Shown here: positions 9,235 through 18,744 of the stretch, piece by piece | Position numbering within the stretch: position 1 is the stretch's first letter | How the letters are laid out: the number at the start of each line of letters is the position of its first letter | From: an uncultured Candidatus Saccharibacteria bacterium | GTDB lineage: Bacteria > Patescibacteriota > Minisyncoccia > UBA6257 > UBA11618 | Assembly (NCBI GenBank): GCA_964363475.1 | Contig: CAYIII010000004.1 | Span: forward strand, 1-38,572 | Length of the DNA stretch: 38,572 bases | Direction: 5' to 3' | The notes under the pieces: generated by a model | What the model was told of the DNA's origin: nothing | Databases searched by the model: none | What the model saw: the letters and a program-made list of their open reading frames with translations, nothing else | Made by a program: the position numbers and the translations under genes

Positions 9235-10443
9235 CTAAAACACTTGCACTAGATTGTATATCGGCAAAAGAATTGCCGCAAATAATAAACCCACTAATCC
9301 TCCAATTAAAATCATTAAACTTGGCTGAATTAATTCAACTAAATTATTGACTAAATTATCAACTTCTCTGGTATAAAATTGAGAAATTCTGTTAAACATT
9401 TCCGACAAACGGCCGGTGCTTTCTCCCACCGCCACCATTTGGCTCACTAATGAGGGGAAAAGAAACTCATATTCTTCAAGGGATTGGGATAATAATTGGC
9501 CTTGGCGAATTTTATCAGCCACCTCATGCAAAGCATCCCGATAATTAATGCTGGTAGTGGTATGACCGCTTATTTCTATCGCTTGGGCTATCGGTATGCC
9601 CCCCTTAATTAAAATACTGGTTGCGTCAGCAAAACGGGCCACATAAAATTGCTTAAACAAGTGGCCGATAATCGGTGAACTTAACAGTAATTGGTCGTAA
9701 ACCACCTTTCCTTCGTCGCTTTGAAAATAATCAAAAAGCAAAATAAAAAATATGAGTAAAATAAAAATAATAGCAAACCACCAGTTAGCCAGAAAATTGC
9801 CTATAATCAAAAAAATAGTGGTAATTAAAGGCAAGGACACGTTCGCGTCACGAAAAATCGGCTCAATTTGAGGAAAAACTAAACCCATCAATACGCCTGC
9901 CGTTAATACAAATAAAACTATAACAAAAATTGGATAAATCATGGCATTTCTAACCTTAGAAACCAATATAGTTTCTTTCTCTAAATAATCTGCCAAAAAA
10001 CTCATCGCCTCTTCAATTCTTCCCGTTATTTCAGCGGATTTAATTAAATTAATGTAAAATTCCGAAAAAATATTCGCGTGTCTTTCCAGGGACTGCGACA
10101 ATGAAAGGCCGGAATCAATATCGGTGGAAATTTCAAAAATCGCCTCTCTCAAAACGACATTATGAGTATTCCTGTAAAGACTTTTTAAAGCGTCGTTTAA
10201 AGGAACCGCCGATTCAAGCATTGTGGCCAATTGCCTGGTAAAAACCATCAGGTCAATTCTGCGAACGCGATTAAAAAAAATTAAAAACTTGCCGTACCAA
10301 ATCGGCGCTTCCATTGATTCCATACTCAAGACATACAAATCATGGCCGTTTAAGATATTAACGGCCGCTTCTTTGGTAACCGCCTCCACAAATCCAATTT
10401 GCAGTTCTCCTGTTTTAGTTCTGGCGCTATATTTTAATTTCAT
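9235..10443 (-). CDS. pilC: Type IV pilus inner membrane platform protein PilC (GspF family)
   Basis: FTRQLATMLES, two GspF repeats, MVAVGESTGRL, ILLPIY. Confidence 0.93.
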   Translation of the reverse strand: MKLKYSARTKTGELQIGFVEAVTKEAAVNILNGHDLYVLSMESMEAPIWYGKFLIFFNRVRRIDLMVFTRQLATMLESAVPLNDALKSLYRNTHNVVLREAIFEISTDIDSGLSLSQSLERHANIFSEFYINLIKSAEITGRIEEAMSFLADYLEKETILVSKVRNAMIYPIFVIVLFVLTAGVLMGLVFPQIEPIFRDANVSLPLITTIFLIIGNFLANWWFAIIFILLIFFILLFDYFQSDEGKVVYDQLLLSSPIIGHLFKQFYVARFADATSILIKGGIPIAQAIEISGHTTTSINYRDALHEVADKIRQGQLLSQSLEEYEFLFPSLVSQMVAVGESTGRLSEMFNRISQFYTREVDNLVNNLVELIQPSLMILIGGLVGLLFAAILLPIYNLVQVF

Positions 10444-10446
10444 AGT

Positions 10447-11520
10447 TTATGAAATTCTTTCCAATAATATTTTTAATTCGGCGGAGTTGGGAGAATAAAG
10501 CTCCGCCTGTTCCAAAGAAATAACTCTTTTTTGCACCCAGGAGGCCAACGAACGATTTAAAGTTACCATGCCGTCTTGCGAACTGGTTTCAATTACTAAA
10601 TCAATTTGATAGGTCTTTCTTTCACGAATCAGATTGCGAATAGCGGAATTAACAATCATGATTTCCACTGCTGGCACTCTGCCACCGTCAACGCGTGGTA
10701 TTAGACGCTGAGAAATAATCGCTACCAGCGTAGCCGCCAGCTGTGATGTTGCCTGCCCTTGCTGTTCGGCCGGAAAACTGTCAAGAACGCGGTCTATCGT
10801 CTGCGCCGCCGAATTAGTATGAAGCGTCGCAAAAACTAGATGTCCCGTCTCCGCCGCCGTCATTGCCGTTGAAATAGATACAGTATCACGCATTTCTCCA
10901 ACCATAATAACATCGGGGTCTTGACGTAAAACTGACCGCAACGCTTTATGAAATCCTAAAGTATCAGGACCGACTTCTCTTTGGGAAACAATAGACCTGT
11001 CCTGAACAAATAAATATTCAATAGGGTCTTCAATGGTAATAATGTGGTCAGTACGATTATGATTAATTTCGTCTATAAGAGCGGCTAAAGTTGTTGACTT
11101 GCCGTGACCTGCCGGACCTACCAACAAAACAAATCCTTGGGAGATTCTGGTAAAATCGTGCAGTAAAGAGGGCAGATTTAATTCTTCAATGGTATGTATT
11201 TTCGGAGGAATCAAACGCAGAGCCGCTCCTAAAAATCCTTTTTGAAAAAAAGCATTAACCCTGAATCTTACCTTGTCTTCCAGAGAATAAGAGAAGTCAA
11301 GTTCTTTTTTTTGTAAAAAAATATTCTTCTGTTCTGAAGAAAGCATGACCATAACCAATCCTTGCGCGGTTTCCGGAGTAACAATTTCTTCTTTTTGTAA
11401 AGGCAATAATTTTCCGTCAACTCTCAAAGTCGGTCTCTGCCCCACCGCGATATGTAAATCGGACGCATTTTGTCTGGCAGTGGCTAATAAAAGTTCGTCA
11501 AGTTTACTTTTGTAATCCAT
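10447..11520 (-). CDS. pilT: Type IV pilus retraction ATPase PilT
   Basis: GPAGHGKSTT, TIEDPIE, LRQDPDVIMVGEMRD, TLHTN, AIRNLIRE motif. Confidence 0.96.
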   Translation of the reverse strand: MDYKSKLDELLLATARQNASDLHIAVGQRPTLRVDGKLLPLQKEEIVTPETAQGLVMVMLSSEQKNIFLQKKELDFSYSLEDKVRFRVNAFFQKGFLGAALRLIPPKIHTIEELNLPSLLHDFTRISQGFVLLVGPAGHGKSTTLAALIDEINHNRTDHIITIEDPIEYLFVQDRSIVSQREVGPDTLGFHKALRSVLRQDPDVIMVGEMRDTVSISTAMTAAETGHLVFATLHTNSAAQTIDRVLDSFPAEQQGQATSQLAATLVAIISQRLIPRVDGGRVPAVEIMIVNSAIRNLIRERKTYQIDLVIETSSQDGMVTLNRSLASWVQKRVISLEQAELYSPNSAELKILLERIS

Positions 11521-11537
11521 AATACAATTATATATGA

Positions 11538-13214
11538 TTACGATTCGCTCGTCTCTCTTAATACCTCCTCCACGCTCACCAGTCCTTCTATCGCCTTTAG
11601 CAAACCGTCCTGCCTCATTGTAACCATGCCTTGTTTCTTAGCTTCTTCAGCGAGATTGCCCTCCATTAACGCCTGACTCATTTCTAAAACTTCAAAAATA
11701 GCCACCCTCCCTTTAATGCCCTTATTGTTGCACTCCTTGCATCCCGTAGAATGATATATTTTATATCCGTCAGCCGGTGGAGTTTTTAGTTTGCCAATTT
11801 CTTTTTTAATTAAATCGTCAATATCGGGAGGCGGATTTTTGGTTTTTTTACAACTCTGGCATAATTTTCCCAATAATCTTTGCGCCAGCATTATATTCAA
11901 TGACGATGGCAAAAGAAAAGCGTCAACTTTCATATCAATCAATCTTGGGATGACCCCAATGGCATTGTTAGTATGTAAAGTGGATAAAACAATATGGCCG
12001 GTCAAAGCGGCGTGCACCGCCAAAGACGCCGTTTCCGAATCGCGAATCTCGCCCACCATAATCACATCCGGGTCCTGCCTTAATATTTGCCTTAGCCCGG
12101 AAGCAAAATCATAACCGATTTCCGGACGCACTTGCGATTGATTAACGCCGTCAATGGTATATTCAACAGGGTCTTCTAAACTGACAATATTATACTCATC
12201 ATTATTATTTAAACCCTGCAACAGAGCGTAAAGGGTTGTTGTTTTTCCCGAACCGGTCGGACCGGTAATCAAAATCATGCCAAATGGCCTTTCTAAGGCC
12301 TTTTGAACTAGTTCCGCATTATGGCCGACCAAACCCAATTCATCTAATTTTTTTAAGCCAATTTGCGGGTCAAGAACGCGCAAGGCAATTTTTTCCCCGG
12401 ATGGAGTGGGGAAGGTTGAAACACGGTAATCAATATCGCGCCCAAACAAAATAGTTCTAAAACGCCCATCTTGCGGAATGCGATTTTCGTCAATTTTTAA
12501 ATTAGAAAGAATTTTAATGCGGGAAATTATCGGCTGATGAAGCTCAAGCGGCAAAGTAGACACTTCTTGCAAGACCCCGTCAATGCGAAAACGAATCCTT
12601 AACCTGTCTCTTTGGGGTTCCACATGAACATCGGAAGCGCCGGCGCTAACCGCTTCTTTAAGAGTGGAAGAGACAATCTTGATAATGGGAGCGTCTTCGG
12701 TAACAGCGGTAGCATCCGCCATTCTCTGCCCCGGCTTGATATTTAAGGACTTGACAGCCGCTTGAATTTGAGAGCCAAAAGGTGAATATTTTTTTAAAAC
12801 CAATTCCAAATCGGACGGCGCAATTAAGTAAACGCCCAAGCTGATTTTGTTTTGCTTGGCGATAAATCTCAACGCCTCCTGGGCTTTGATATCATCAGGA
12901 TTAACCATCCCCACTACCAGCATATCTTTTGTCCTGGAAATCGGAACGACTTTATAATTGGAGACCGTTTCTTCGGGAATCAATTTCAGTAAATCCGCCG
13001 TTAAATCCGCAACGCTTACTTTTGTATAAGGAATATTTAGTATCCGGCTTTTTACTTTTACCACCTCAACGTCGTCTACTAATCTTTTTTCATATATAAT
13101 ATCCTCCACTCTTTGGCGAGTTGCTTCCGATTCTTTCATAAGATTGTCGGCCTGCTCAATGTCTAATAATTTAGCTTCTATTAAAGAATTTAATATGGCT
13201 CTGTTTTCAATCAT
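11538..13214 (-). CDS. pilB: Type IV pilus assembly ATPase PilB (GspE family)
   Basis: ASDVHVEP, PQDGR, GPTGSGKTTT, LRQDPD, tetracysteine motif. Confidence 0.95.
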   Translation of the reverse strand: MIENRAILNSLIEAKLLDIEQADNLMKESEATRQRVEDIIYEKRLVDDVEVVKVKSRILNIPYTKVSVADLTADLLKLIPEETVSNYKVVPISRTKDMLVVGMVNPDDIKAQEALRFIAKQNKISLGVYLIAPSDLELVLKKYSPFGSQIQAAVKSLNIKPGQRMADATAVTEDAPIIKIVSSTLKEAVSAGASDVHVEPQRDRLRIRFRIDGVLQEVSTLPLELHQPIISRIKILSNLKIDENRIPQDGRFRTILFGRDIDYRVSTFPTPSGEKIALRVLDPQIGLKKLDELGLVGHNAELVQKALERPFGMILITGPTGSGKTTTLYALLQGLNNNDEYNIVSLEDPVEYTIDGVNQSQVRPEIGYDFASGLRQILRQDPDVIMVGEIRDSETASLAVHAALTGHIVLSTLHTNNAIGVIPRLIDMKVDAFLLPSSLNIMLAQRLLGKLCQSCKKTKNPPPDIDDLIKKEIGKLKTPPADGYKIYHSTGCKECNNKGIKGRVAIFEVLEMSQALMEGNLAEEAKKQGMVTMRQDGLLKAIEGLVSVEEVLRETSES

Positions 13215-13219
13215 AATTC

Positions 13220-13510
13220 TTAAAAACCCAGAAAAGGGTTGTCGCGACCCAAATTACCAACATTTGGTAAATTGCCATATTGTCGCAATGTTTTTAAAGT
13301 AGGATTGGAAATAATTTGAGAGGGGTCAAACTCCACCCGCGATAATTCGGCTGTTGATTGGAAAGAGGCGGGCGCTATTATCTCAATGCCAGGAGAAGAA
13401 GCAAAAAATAAGAAATAAGCGCCACCAAAAATTACTGCCAGCAAAAAGACAAAGGTTAGCAAAGCAAACCAATTAGTTTTTTTCTGTTGTTGTTTTAAAA
13501 TAATTGCCAT
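13220..13510 (-). CDS. Small membrane protein in pilus operon (PilP position)
   Basis: Single TM helix, C-terminal GRDNPF, located between pilO and pilB. Confidence 0.6.
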   Translation of the reverse strand: MAIILKQQQKKTNWFALLTFVFLLAVIFGGAYFLFFASSPGIEIIAPASFQSTAELSRVEFDPSQIISNPTLKTLRQYGNLPNVGNLGRDNPFLGF

Positions 13511-13516
13511 ATAAAA

Positions 13517-14083
13517 TTATTTAACTTGATAATAAGCGTCCACGACCAAATTATATAAGAAAACATCTTGAATGGGAGTGCCTGCTCTATCTACTTTAAG
13601 ATTTACAACATCCATCAATCTGATATTTGTTTCCAGCCCTCTCAAAAAATTTTTAAAATCCTGATAGCGGCCGATTAATCTCACATTCAATCGCAAAGTC
13701 CCCAAGTCCCTGACCAAATCATCTTTTGCGGCGGGCTTAATAGCCAGCGGTTGAACGCCAAAGACCTCAATGCCAACACCGCTGGACTGAGCAATGGCGT
13801 ATAACTGGCTAAAAACGGAAGAAATATTTTCTGTTGAAGGCAAAGAAAGCGAAATGACATCCTGTAATTTTCCCGTTCCCTGATACCTTTGAACAAGGTC
13901 GTTAATTTTTTGCATAGCTTTTTCTTGTTCATTGAATAATTGCTTTTGGCTGGCAAGAGTGCCGCGCAGAACAAGCGCGTCTTCATAAACGGGCTTAATT
14001 AAAACAGCGTAAACCGCCAGAGCCGATATAAAAAATAATGATGCCACCAATAAACTTATTGCCCTTTTAGCGGAAGATTTCAT
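13517..14083 (-). CDS. pilO: Type IV pilus biogenesis protein PilO
   Basis: TM + coiled coil, LP...SGV, GRYQDFKNFLRGLETNIRLMDV. Confidence 0.85.
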   Translation of the reverse strand: MKSSAKRAISLLVASLFFISALAVYAVLIKPVYEDALVLRGTLASQKQLFNEQEKAMQKINDLVQRYQGTGKLQDVISLSLPSTENISSVFSQLYAIAQSSGVGIEVFGVQPLAIKPAAKDDLVRDLGTLRLNVRLIGRYQDFKNFLRGLETNIRLMDVVNLKVDRAGTPIQDVFLYNLVVDAYYQVK

Positions 14084-14612
14084 TTTTTAAAATAAGAAAT
14101 AACTTGAATCTAACGCGACCTTCTATGGCGCTGGATTCATTGACTACTAGATTTTCAACGCCGGAAGCAATGTTGAACGCCTCCAGTTGTTGCGCAAAAA
14201 TTTCATAATTACTGGCCGTGCCTTCTAAATTCAATCGCCTCTCCCCCACTCTTAAATCAGCGCTGCTATAAGCAACGGATTTATTAGTATTGTTTTGTAA
14301 AAAATTAAAAACTTTTGACACGTTCACGTGATTTTTTAATAAATCCTGCAAATTAATTATTTGGGAATAAAATCTGATTAAATTATCCTGTTGCTCTTTG
14401 GGAATTGTTTGGCTTAATTGGTCAATGGATTGGTTAAGAGAATCAATTCTGCTATTTAAAAACGGCTTGTAACCGAATTCTAAACTGAAATATAAAACCA
14501 CCGCCGTAACCAAAACCAGCAAAGAAAATAGAAAAAATTTCCAAGGCCAACCTACCGGTAATTTTTCAGGCCCCAACCTTTCGCTCATATTAACTGGAGT
14601 GATAGGCAACAT
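14067..14612 (-). CDS. pilN: PilN-like protein
   Basis: TM + coiled coil + LEGTA segment, between pilM and pilO. Confidence 0.7.
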   Translation of the reverse strand: MLPITPVNMSERLGPEKLPVGWPWKFFLFSLLVLVTAVVLYFSLEFGYKPFLNSRIDSLNQSIDQLSQTIPKEQQDNLIRFYSQIINLQDLLKNHVNVSKVFNFLQNNTNKSVAYSSADLRVGERRLNLEGTASNYEIFAQQLEAFNIASGVENLVVNESSAIEGRVRFKLFLILKNEIFR

Positions 14613-14613
14613 T

Positions 14614-15699
14614 TTAAAGTTTAAAATTCCTCAAAGAAGCGCCGACGGCAACCGGCAACAGAACGCCCAAAGAATTAACGAAGGCGCTTGTCCGAGAATC
14701 ATAGGATAATCCCGAGAATGGATTGGCCTTGCTTACGGGCAACTTTAGTTCGTCTTCAAAGTAGCTCTCAATGCCTAAAAGCTGGGCGCCGCCGCCTGTC
14801 AAAATCACGTTTTTTACTTCTTGGTGATAAGTATTTTTGTAATTTTCTCTTAACTTCCTCACCTCATTGATTGTAACATCCAGAATAGGTTTCATTAGTG
14901 TGGATAACTCCTGTTCCAAACCGATACCGACATCTAAAAGTCCTCGCTGTTTCTTTAAATCCTCCGCCCTTTGGCTATTAATGCCCAAACCGGAAGATAT
15001 GGCGTGGGTTAGAGAAGCGCTGGCAAAGTCGGTTTGGCTGATAAGTTGAAGCACGCCATCGCGCGCGATTGATAAATTAGTGGAGCGCGCTCCTATATCA
15101 ATAATCAAAACAGCGTCATCAATGCCGGCAGTCAACGCTCTTGCTAAACTGACTCCTTCTATTTCTAAGGCCGTTAAGTTAAGGCCAGCGGCATAAAAAA
15201 TTCTTTTATATTTCTCTATTTGCTCATTTGTAATCGCAATAAGAAAGATTTGCTGTCTTTTTTTGCCGTCTCCGTCTTCTTTTTCCCCCACCTTTATCCA
15301 ATCCAAAGTTATCGCGGAAATTGGCAATGGAATATATTGCCTCGCTTTAAATCCCAGAGCCGTTTCCAACTCTTCGTCAGACATCAACGGCATTTCTATA
15401 ATAGTGGTGAAAGCGGAAAAAAACGGCAGAGAAGCAACAACATTTTTACTGTTGAAGCCGGCTTTTTTTATCATCAGCCGAATATGTTTTATGATTTCTT
15501 TTTCAAATAATTTAAGGGTGCTTGTTTGCAGGGCGGTATTTGGTCTTTCCAAATAACCTAAATCTTCCAGTAAGCTGTAATTAATAAATCGGGGCTTGTT
15601 TTTGCCGGAAGAAATCTCAACTATTTTTATAGAGGTTGTGCCTATGTCAACTCCCAAATAGGAGGGTCTAAAAATCATTTTCTTTAGAAAATTGAACAT
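14614..15699 (-). CDS. pilM: Type IV pilus assembly protein PilM
   Basis: LGVDIGTTSIKIVE, IIDIGA, ILTGGGA actin-like ATPase motifs. Confidence 0.93.
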   Translation of the reverse strand: MFNFLKKMIFRPSYLGVDIGTTSIKIVEISSGKNKPRFINYSLLEDLGYLERPNTALQTSTLKLFEKEIIKHIRLMIKKAGFNSKNVVASLPFFSAFTTIIEMPLMSDEELETALGFKARQYIPLPISAITLDWIKVGEKEDGDGKKRQQIFLIAITNEQIEKYKRIFYAAGLNLTALEIEGVSLARALTAGIDDAVLIIDIGARSTNLSIARDGVLQLISQTDFASASLTHAISSGLGINSQRAEDLKKQRGLLDVGIGLEQELSTLMKPILDVTINEVRKLRENYKNTYHQEVKNVILTGGGAQLLGIESYFEDELKLPVSKANPFSGLSYDSRTSAFVNSLGVLLPVAVGASLRNFKL

Positions 15700-15728
15700 G
15701 CTATTCTTCTATTAATTATAACACTACT

Positions 15729-16436
15729 ATGCTCCGGACAATAAAAAACATTGTTTTAGACGTTATTTTTCCGCCAATCTGTCTTACTTGCAAAAAAAAT
15801 CTTAATAAAAGCGATAAATATAAAATTATTTGCCAACAATGCCTCAGCTCGGTTATCCTATACGACTCCCTTTTTTGCCCCGTTTGCCTTCGCCGCACTC
15901 CAGAAAAAAACGAGTGTCATCCTAAAGCTCATTACTCTTTAGCTCCCGCCTGCCATTACGATAATGAAATAATTAAAAAATTAATCTGGCAATTTAAATA
16001 TGAATACTGGATGAGCGCCGCCGAACCACTTTCAGAATTATTGTCAAACTATTTAAAGAATCTAAACACGACTCTAAAAGATTTTTCAATTATCTATGTA
16101 CCTCTTCATAAAAAAAGAGAGTTTCAAAGGGGCTTTAACCAGTGCGCTGTTTTAGCGAATTATATTAGTAAAGAATTAAGAATGGAAATAATTAAAAATA
16201 ATTTGATAAGAATAAAAAACACCGAGACCCAAGCTGACCTGAAAGATTATAAATCCCGCGAAGATAATATTAAAAATTCTTTTTCTATAAATAATTCTGA
16301 ATTATTAAAAGGGAAAAATATTTTATTGATAGATGATGTCTATACTTCAGGAGCGACTCTAAATGAAGCGGCGCGCGTTTTGAAAGCTGGCGGCGTTAAA
16401 AAAATTCTAGCTTTGGTGGTAGCCAAAGCTAGATAA
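15729..16436 (+). CDS. comF: ComF family competence protein (Zn ribbon + PRTase)
   Basis: CxxC pairs, VPLH...RGFNQ, LIDDVYTSGATL. Confidence 0.93.
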   Translation: MLRTIKNIVLDVIFPPICLTCKKNLNKSDKYKIICQQCLSSVILYDSLFCPVCLRRTPEKNECHPKAHYSLAPACHYDNEIIKKLIWQFKYEYWMSAAEPLSELLSNYLKNLNTTLKDFSIIYVPLHKKREFQRGFNQCAVLANYISKELRMEIIKNNLIRIKNTETQADLKDYKSREDNIKNSFSINNSELLKGKNILLIDDVYTSGATLNEAARVLKAGGVKKILALVVAKAR

Positions 16437-16443
16437 CGCTGTG

Positions 16444-17061
16444 TCACTTGCGCACGACCGCAAACCGGCACATTTCGTGCCATTTTTTTCCGATATAGAC
16501 CGAATCAAGAGTTCTCTTCTTTCCTGATTTACCGCCGCTGTCAAGAATTTGACCGAATAATGCCCTATTCGGTCCCTCCCAAATAGAACCCAATGCGATA
16601 ATGGGAAAATCATACTGCAATTGAGGAAATTTTATCCCTAAAAAAAGAAGCTCGTGAATTGTTGCTGGACGAAAACCCATTTTATCCATACAGCAAAGCA
16701 CCTTATTATTTTCTATTTTATAACTAAAACGCATCAATTCAACCACAACATTTGCCTTGCCTCGCCGCTGTTCTCTTGGCAGATAATGAATGACATTGGG
16801 ACCACACCAATCATACCGGCCAAGCATAATCAGCTCCGAAACTGGCATATCGAAATCAACCTCAAGAGGAAAAGTGCGGCCATCTATTTGTTCTTCTATT
16901 TTCATAAATCTTTCAAAATCGCCATTAACAATCAGTTCAAGAGCGGTATGAATGGCATTCGGATCGTGAAGACAGCCGCCTTTTTGTTCAAGTTGATGCT
17001 TGATGTCATCAAGTTTTCTAAGAATCTTATAATAAAGACCTTCCGGGACTTCGTGTGTCAT
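16444..17061 (-). CDS. Hypothetical protein, possible C-type-lectin/FGE-like fold
   Basis: ORF with AAGGAG RBS before MTHEV; GFRPATIHELL and terminal W...CRFAVVRK motifs. Confidence 0.6.
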   Translation of the reverse strand: MTHEVPEGLYYKILRKLDDIKHQLEQKGGCLHDPNAIHTALELIVNGDFERFMKIEEQIDGRTFPLEVDFDMPVSELIMLGRYDWCGPNVIHYLPREQRRGKANVVVELMRFSYKIENNKVLCCMDKMGFRPATIHELLFLGIKFPQLQYDFPIIALGSIWEGPNRALFGQILDSGGKSGKKRTLDSVYIGKKWHEMCRFAVVRK

Positions 17062-17102
17062 AATGACTCCTTTCTTGCAATGACAAGGTGCTAGCAAACC
17101 GC

Positions 17103-17131
17103 AGGATAAAACAAAAAATATAATGTGTCAA
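17103..17131 (-). promoter_or_regulatory. Sigma70-like promoter
   Basis: Minus strand TTGACA-17 nt-TATCCT upstream of the 16444-17061 gene. Confidence 0.5.
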
Positions 17132-17185
17132 ATGTAATAAAACCCCCCAGTTTTCTATAAAAGAGAAATGAGCTAAACTACAATC

Positions 17186-17686
17186 ATGAAAGACGCTCTT
17201 ATTGTTTTAGGAGGCGGCATTAATGCTAATGGAGAAATTTCTTTAACATCAAAATCCAGAATAGAAAAAGCTGTGAAAATTTTTAATTCCGGATACGCAA
17301 ATCATTTGATTTTATCAGGCAAGGCAAGTTTTTCAAAAAATCCAATACCGGCAAGAACAGAAGCTCAAATAATGAAAGAATATGCCGTTTTACTTGGCGT
17401 GCCAACAGAAAAAATCCTGCTGGAAGAAGATTCCCGAGATACTATCGGCAATGCTTATTTTGTTAAGAATAAATTTTTAGAACCAAATAATTGGCGCGAT
17501 GTGGGGGTAGTAACTTCTGAATATCATTTGCCACGCGCGGAATATATTTTTAAAAAAGTTTTAGGAGAACAATACAAAATTGAGTTTTTTCCCGCTGAAA
17601 GTGATTTTCTTACAAAAGAAGAACTGGAAAATAAAATAGCCGGAGAAAAAACAAAATTATCAATAATTAGTCTCTGGAGAATATGA
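17186..17686 (+). CDS. YdcF/DUF218 family protein
   Basis: ALIVLGGG, LILSG, TEA..MK, EEDSRDTIGNA, VVTSEYHLPRA. Confidence 0.9.
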   Translation: MKDALIVLGGGINANGEISLTSKSRIEKAVKIFNSGYANHLILSGKASFSKNPIPARTEAQIMKEYAVLLGVPTEKILLEEDSRDTIGNAYFVKNKFLEPNNWRDVGVVTSEYHLPRAEYIFKKVLGEQYKIEFFPAESDFLTKEELENKIAGEKTKLSIISLWRI

Positions 17687-17752
17687 CGATCTTGCCGATG
17701 TTCTTACGGAAGCATAAAATTGAAGGAGAAGGACTTTGAAAGGAGAAGTAGA

Positions 17753-18388
17753 ATGCTGGGACTTCCTGATGTCTGGTTCTATAAAAATCCTAAAAAACCA
17801 AGACGACTTTATTGGGTATTTCATCTGAAGCATCCCTGCAATCCGGACGACATCCATTCTGACTGGATTTTTTATGACAAAGAAGAAAATAACTGGAGTA
17901 ATTTAGATAAAGAAGAATTTGATAAAAACAAGAACGGCGTTGGTTATAAAAGAATTAATTACGAGGACTTATTGAAAGATTGGGAAACCGTACTACAGCG
18001 AGCCGATCCGCCGTTCGGTTTAAATAATATTGCCTCCTGCCAACTGCAAGTCTGGGCCTGGTGTTATAGTATTAATGAATCAAAAGAATTCGCGGGTCCA
18101 GAAGATTATAACGAAGATGATTCGGCCGGGAAATGCCCTAAAGAAAAAGTTTGTTGGTTCTTCCATTTAAAAAACAATTCATGGTCTATATATGATTTTT
18201 GTGAGAATGCGTGGGGAGCAATAGATAACAAAAAACATCTTGTTACAGATAAAACTTGTCATCCGGTTTCTTTTGATGTTTTTGAAAAAGAATGGCAACT
18301 AAGATTTAGCAAGGAAGAAACCCGAACCCCTTTTGAAATTGCTGACATTATGACAAAAAACGATGACCCCCCTTCATATCAAATATAG
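17753..18388 (+). CDS. Hypothetical Trp-rich protein with two internal repeats
   Basis: AAGGAG RBS before ATG 17753; WxFHLK..W..YD..EN.W motif occurs twice. Confidence 0.65.
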   Translation: MLGLPDVWFYKNPKKPRRLYWVFHLKHPCNPDDIHSDWIFYDKEENNWSNLDKEEFDKNKNGVGYKRINYEDLLKDWETVLQRADPPFGLNNIASCQLQVWAWCYSINESKEFAGPEDYNEDDSAGKCPKEKVCWFFHLKNNSWSIYDFCENAWGAIDNKKHLVTDKTCHPVSFDVFEKEWQLRFSKEETRTPFEIADIMTKNDDPPSYQI

Positions 18389-18410
18389 AGGGGGATTTTT
18401 AATTTATGGA

Positions 18411-18590
18411 TGGCGGTGGGGGTGAGCGCTATCGCTACTCGAACAATTTGGAAACCCTCGGTTTCCAACGGTCGCTTCGCGACCTGCCTTCCTACACGGG
18501 AAACTCCCGTTTCCCGACCCTTTCCCGTTCGAATCTCACCCTCAACAGCAGAAACAAAACAGGGTCTTATGCCCTGTTTTGTTTCTGATG
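18411..18590 (-). mobile_element. ~180-bp structured element at tRNA-Ser 3' end
   Basis: 14-bp duplicate of tRNA 3' end with CCA (18411-18426), antisense T-arm copy (18527-18541), 16-bp hairpin (18549-18587), GC hairpins shared with 28662-28845. Confidence 0.7.
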
Positions 18591-18676
18591 CGGTGGGGGT
18601 GAGATTCGAACTCACGATGCCTTTTGAGCATAACACTTTTCAAGAGTGCCGCCTTAATCCTCTCGGCCACCCCACC
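18591..18676 (-). tRNA. tRNA-Ser(TGA)
   Basis: GGTGGGG/CCCCACC acceptor, G73, anticodon loop CTTGAAA, long variable arm, GTTCGAATC T-loop; followed by CAT, not CCA. Confidence 0.95.
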
Positions 18677-18720
18677 TTTTAAAACAAAATAACATTTAAT
18701 AATAAACTTGTCGAACCACA

Positions 18721-18744
18721 AAAAAAGCCCGCTATTCGGGCTTT
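18721..18744 (-). terminator. Intrinsic terminator of the 18743-20896 gene
   Basis: Minus strand AAAGCCCG-AATAG-CGGGCTTT followed by a T run. Confidence 0.75.

Noticed and set aside
17684-17752. YdcF TGA stop is in frame with the next ORF, suggesting readthrough or genetic code 25
   Set aside because: TGA ends alr at a normal ATGA overlap, long conserved genes are intact under code 11, and the downstream gene has its own RBS.
18379-18682. Short ORFs 18379-18636, 18406-18588 and 18410-18682
   Set aside because: They overlap tRNA-Ser and its GC-rich hairpin element; open frames are explained by low stop density in structured RNA.
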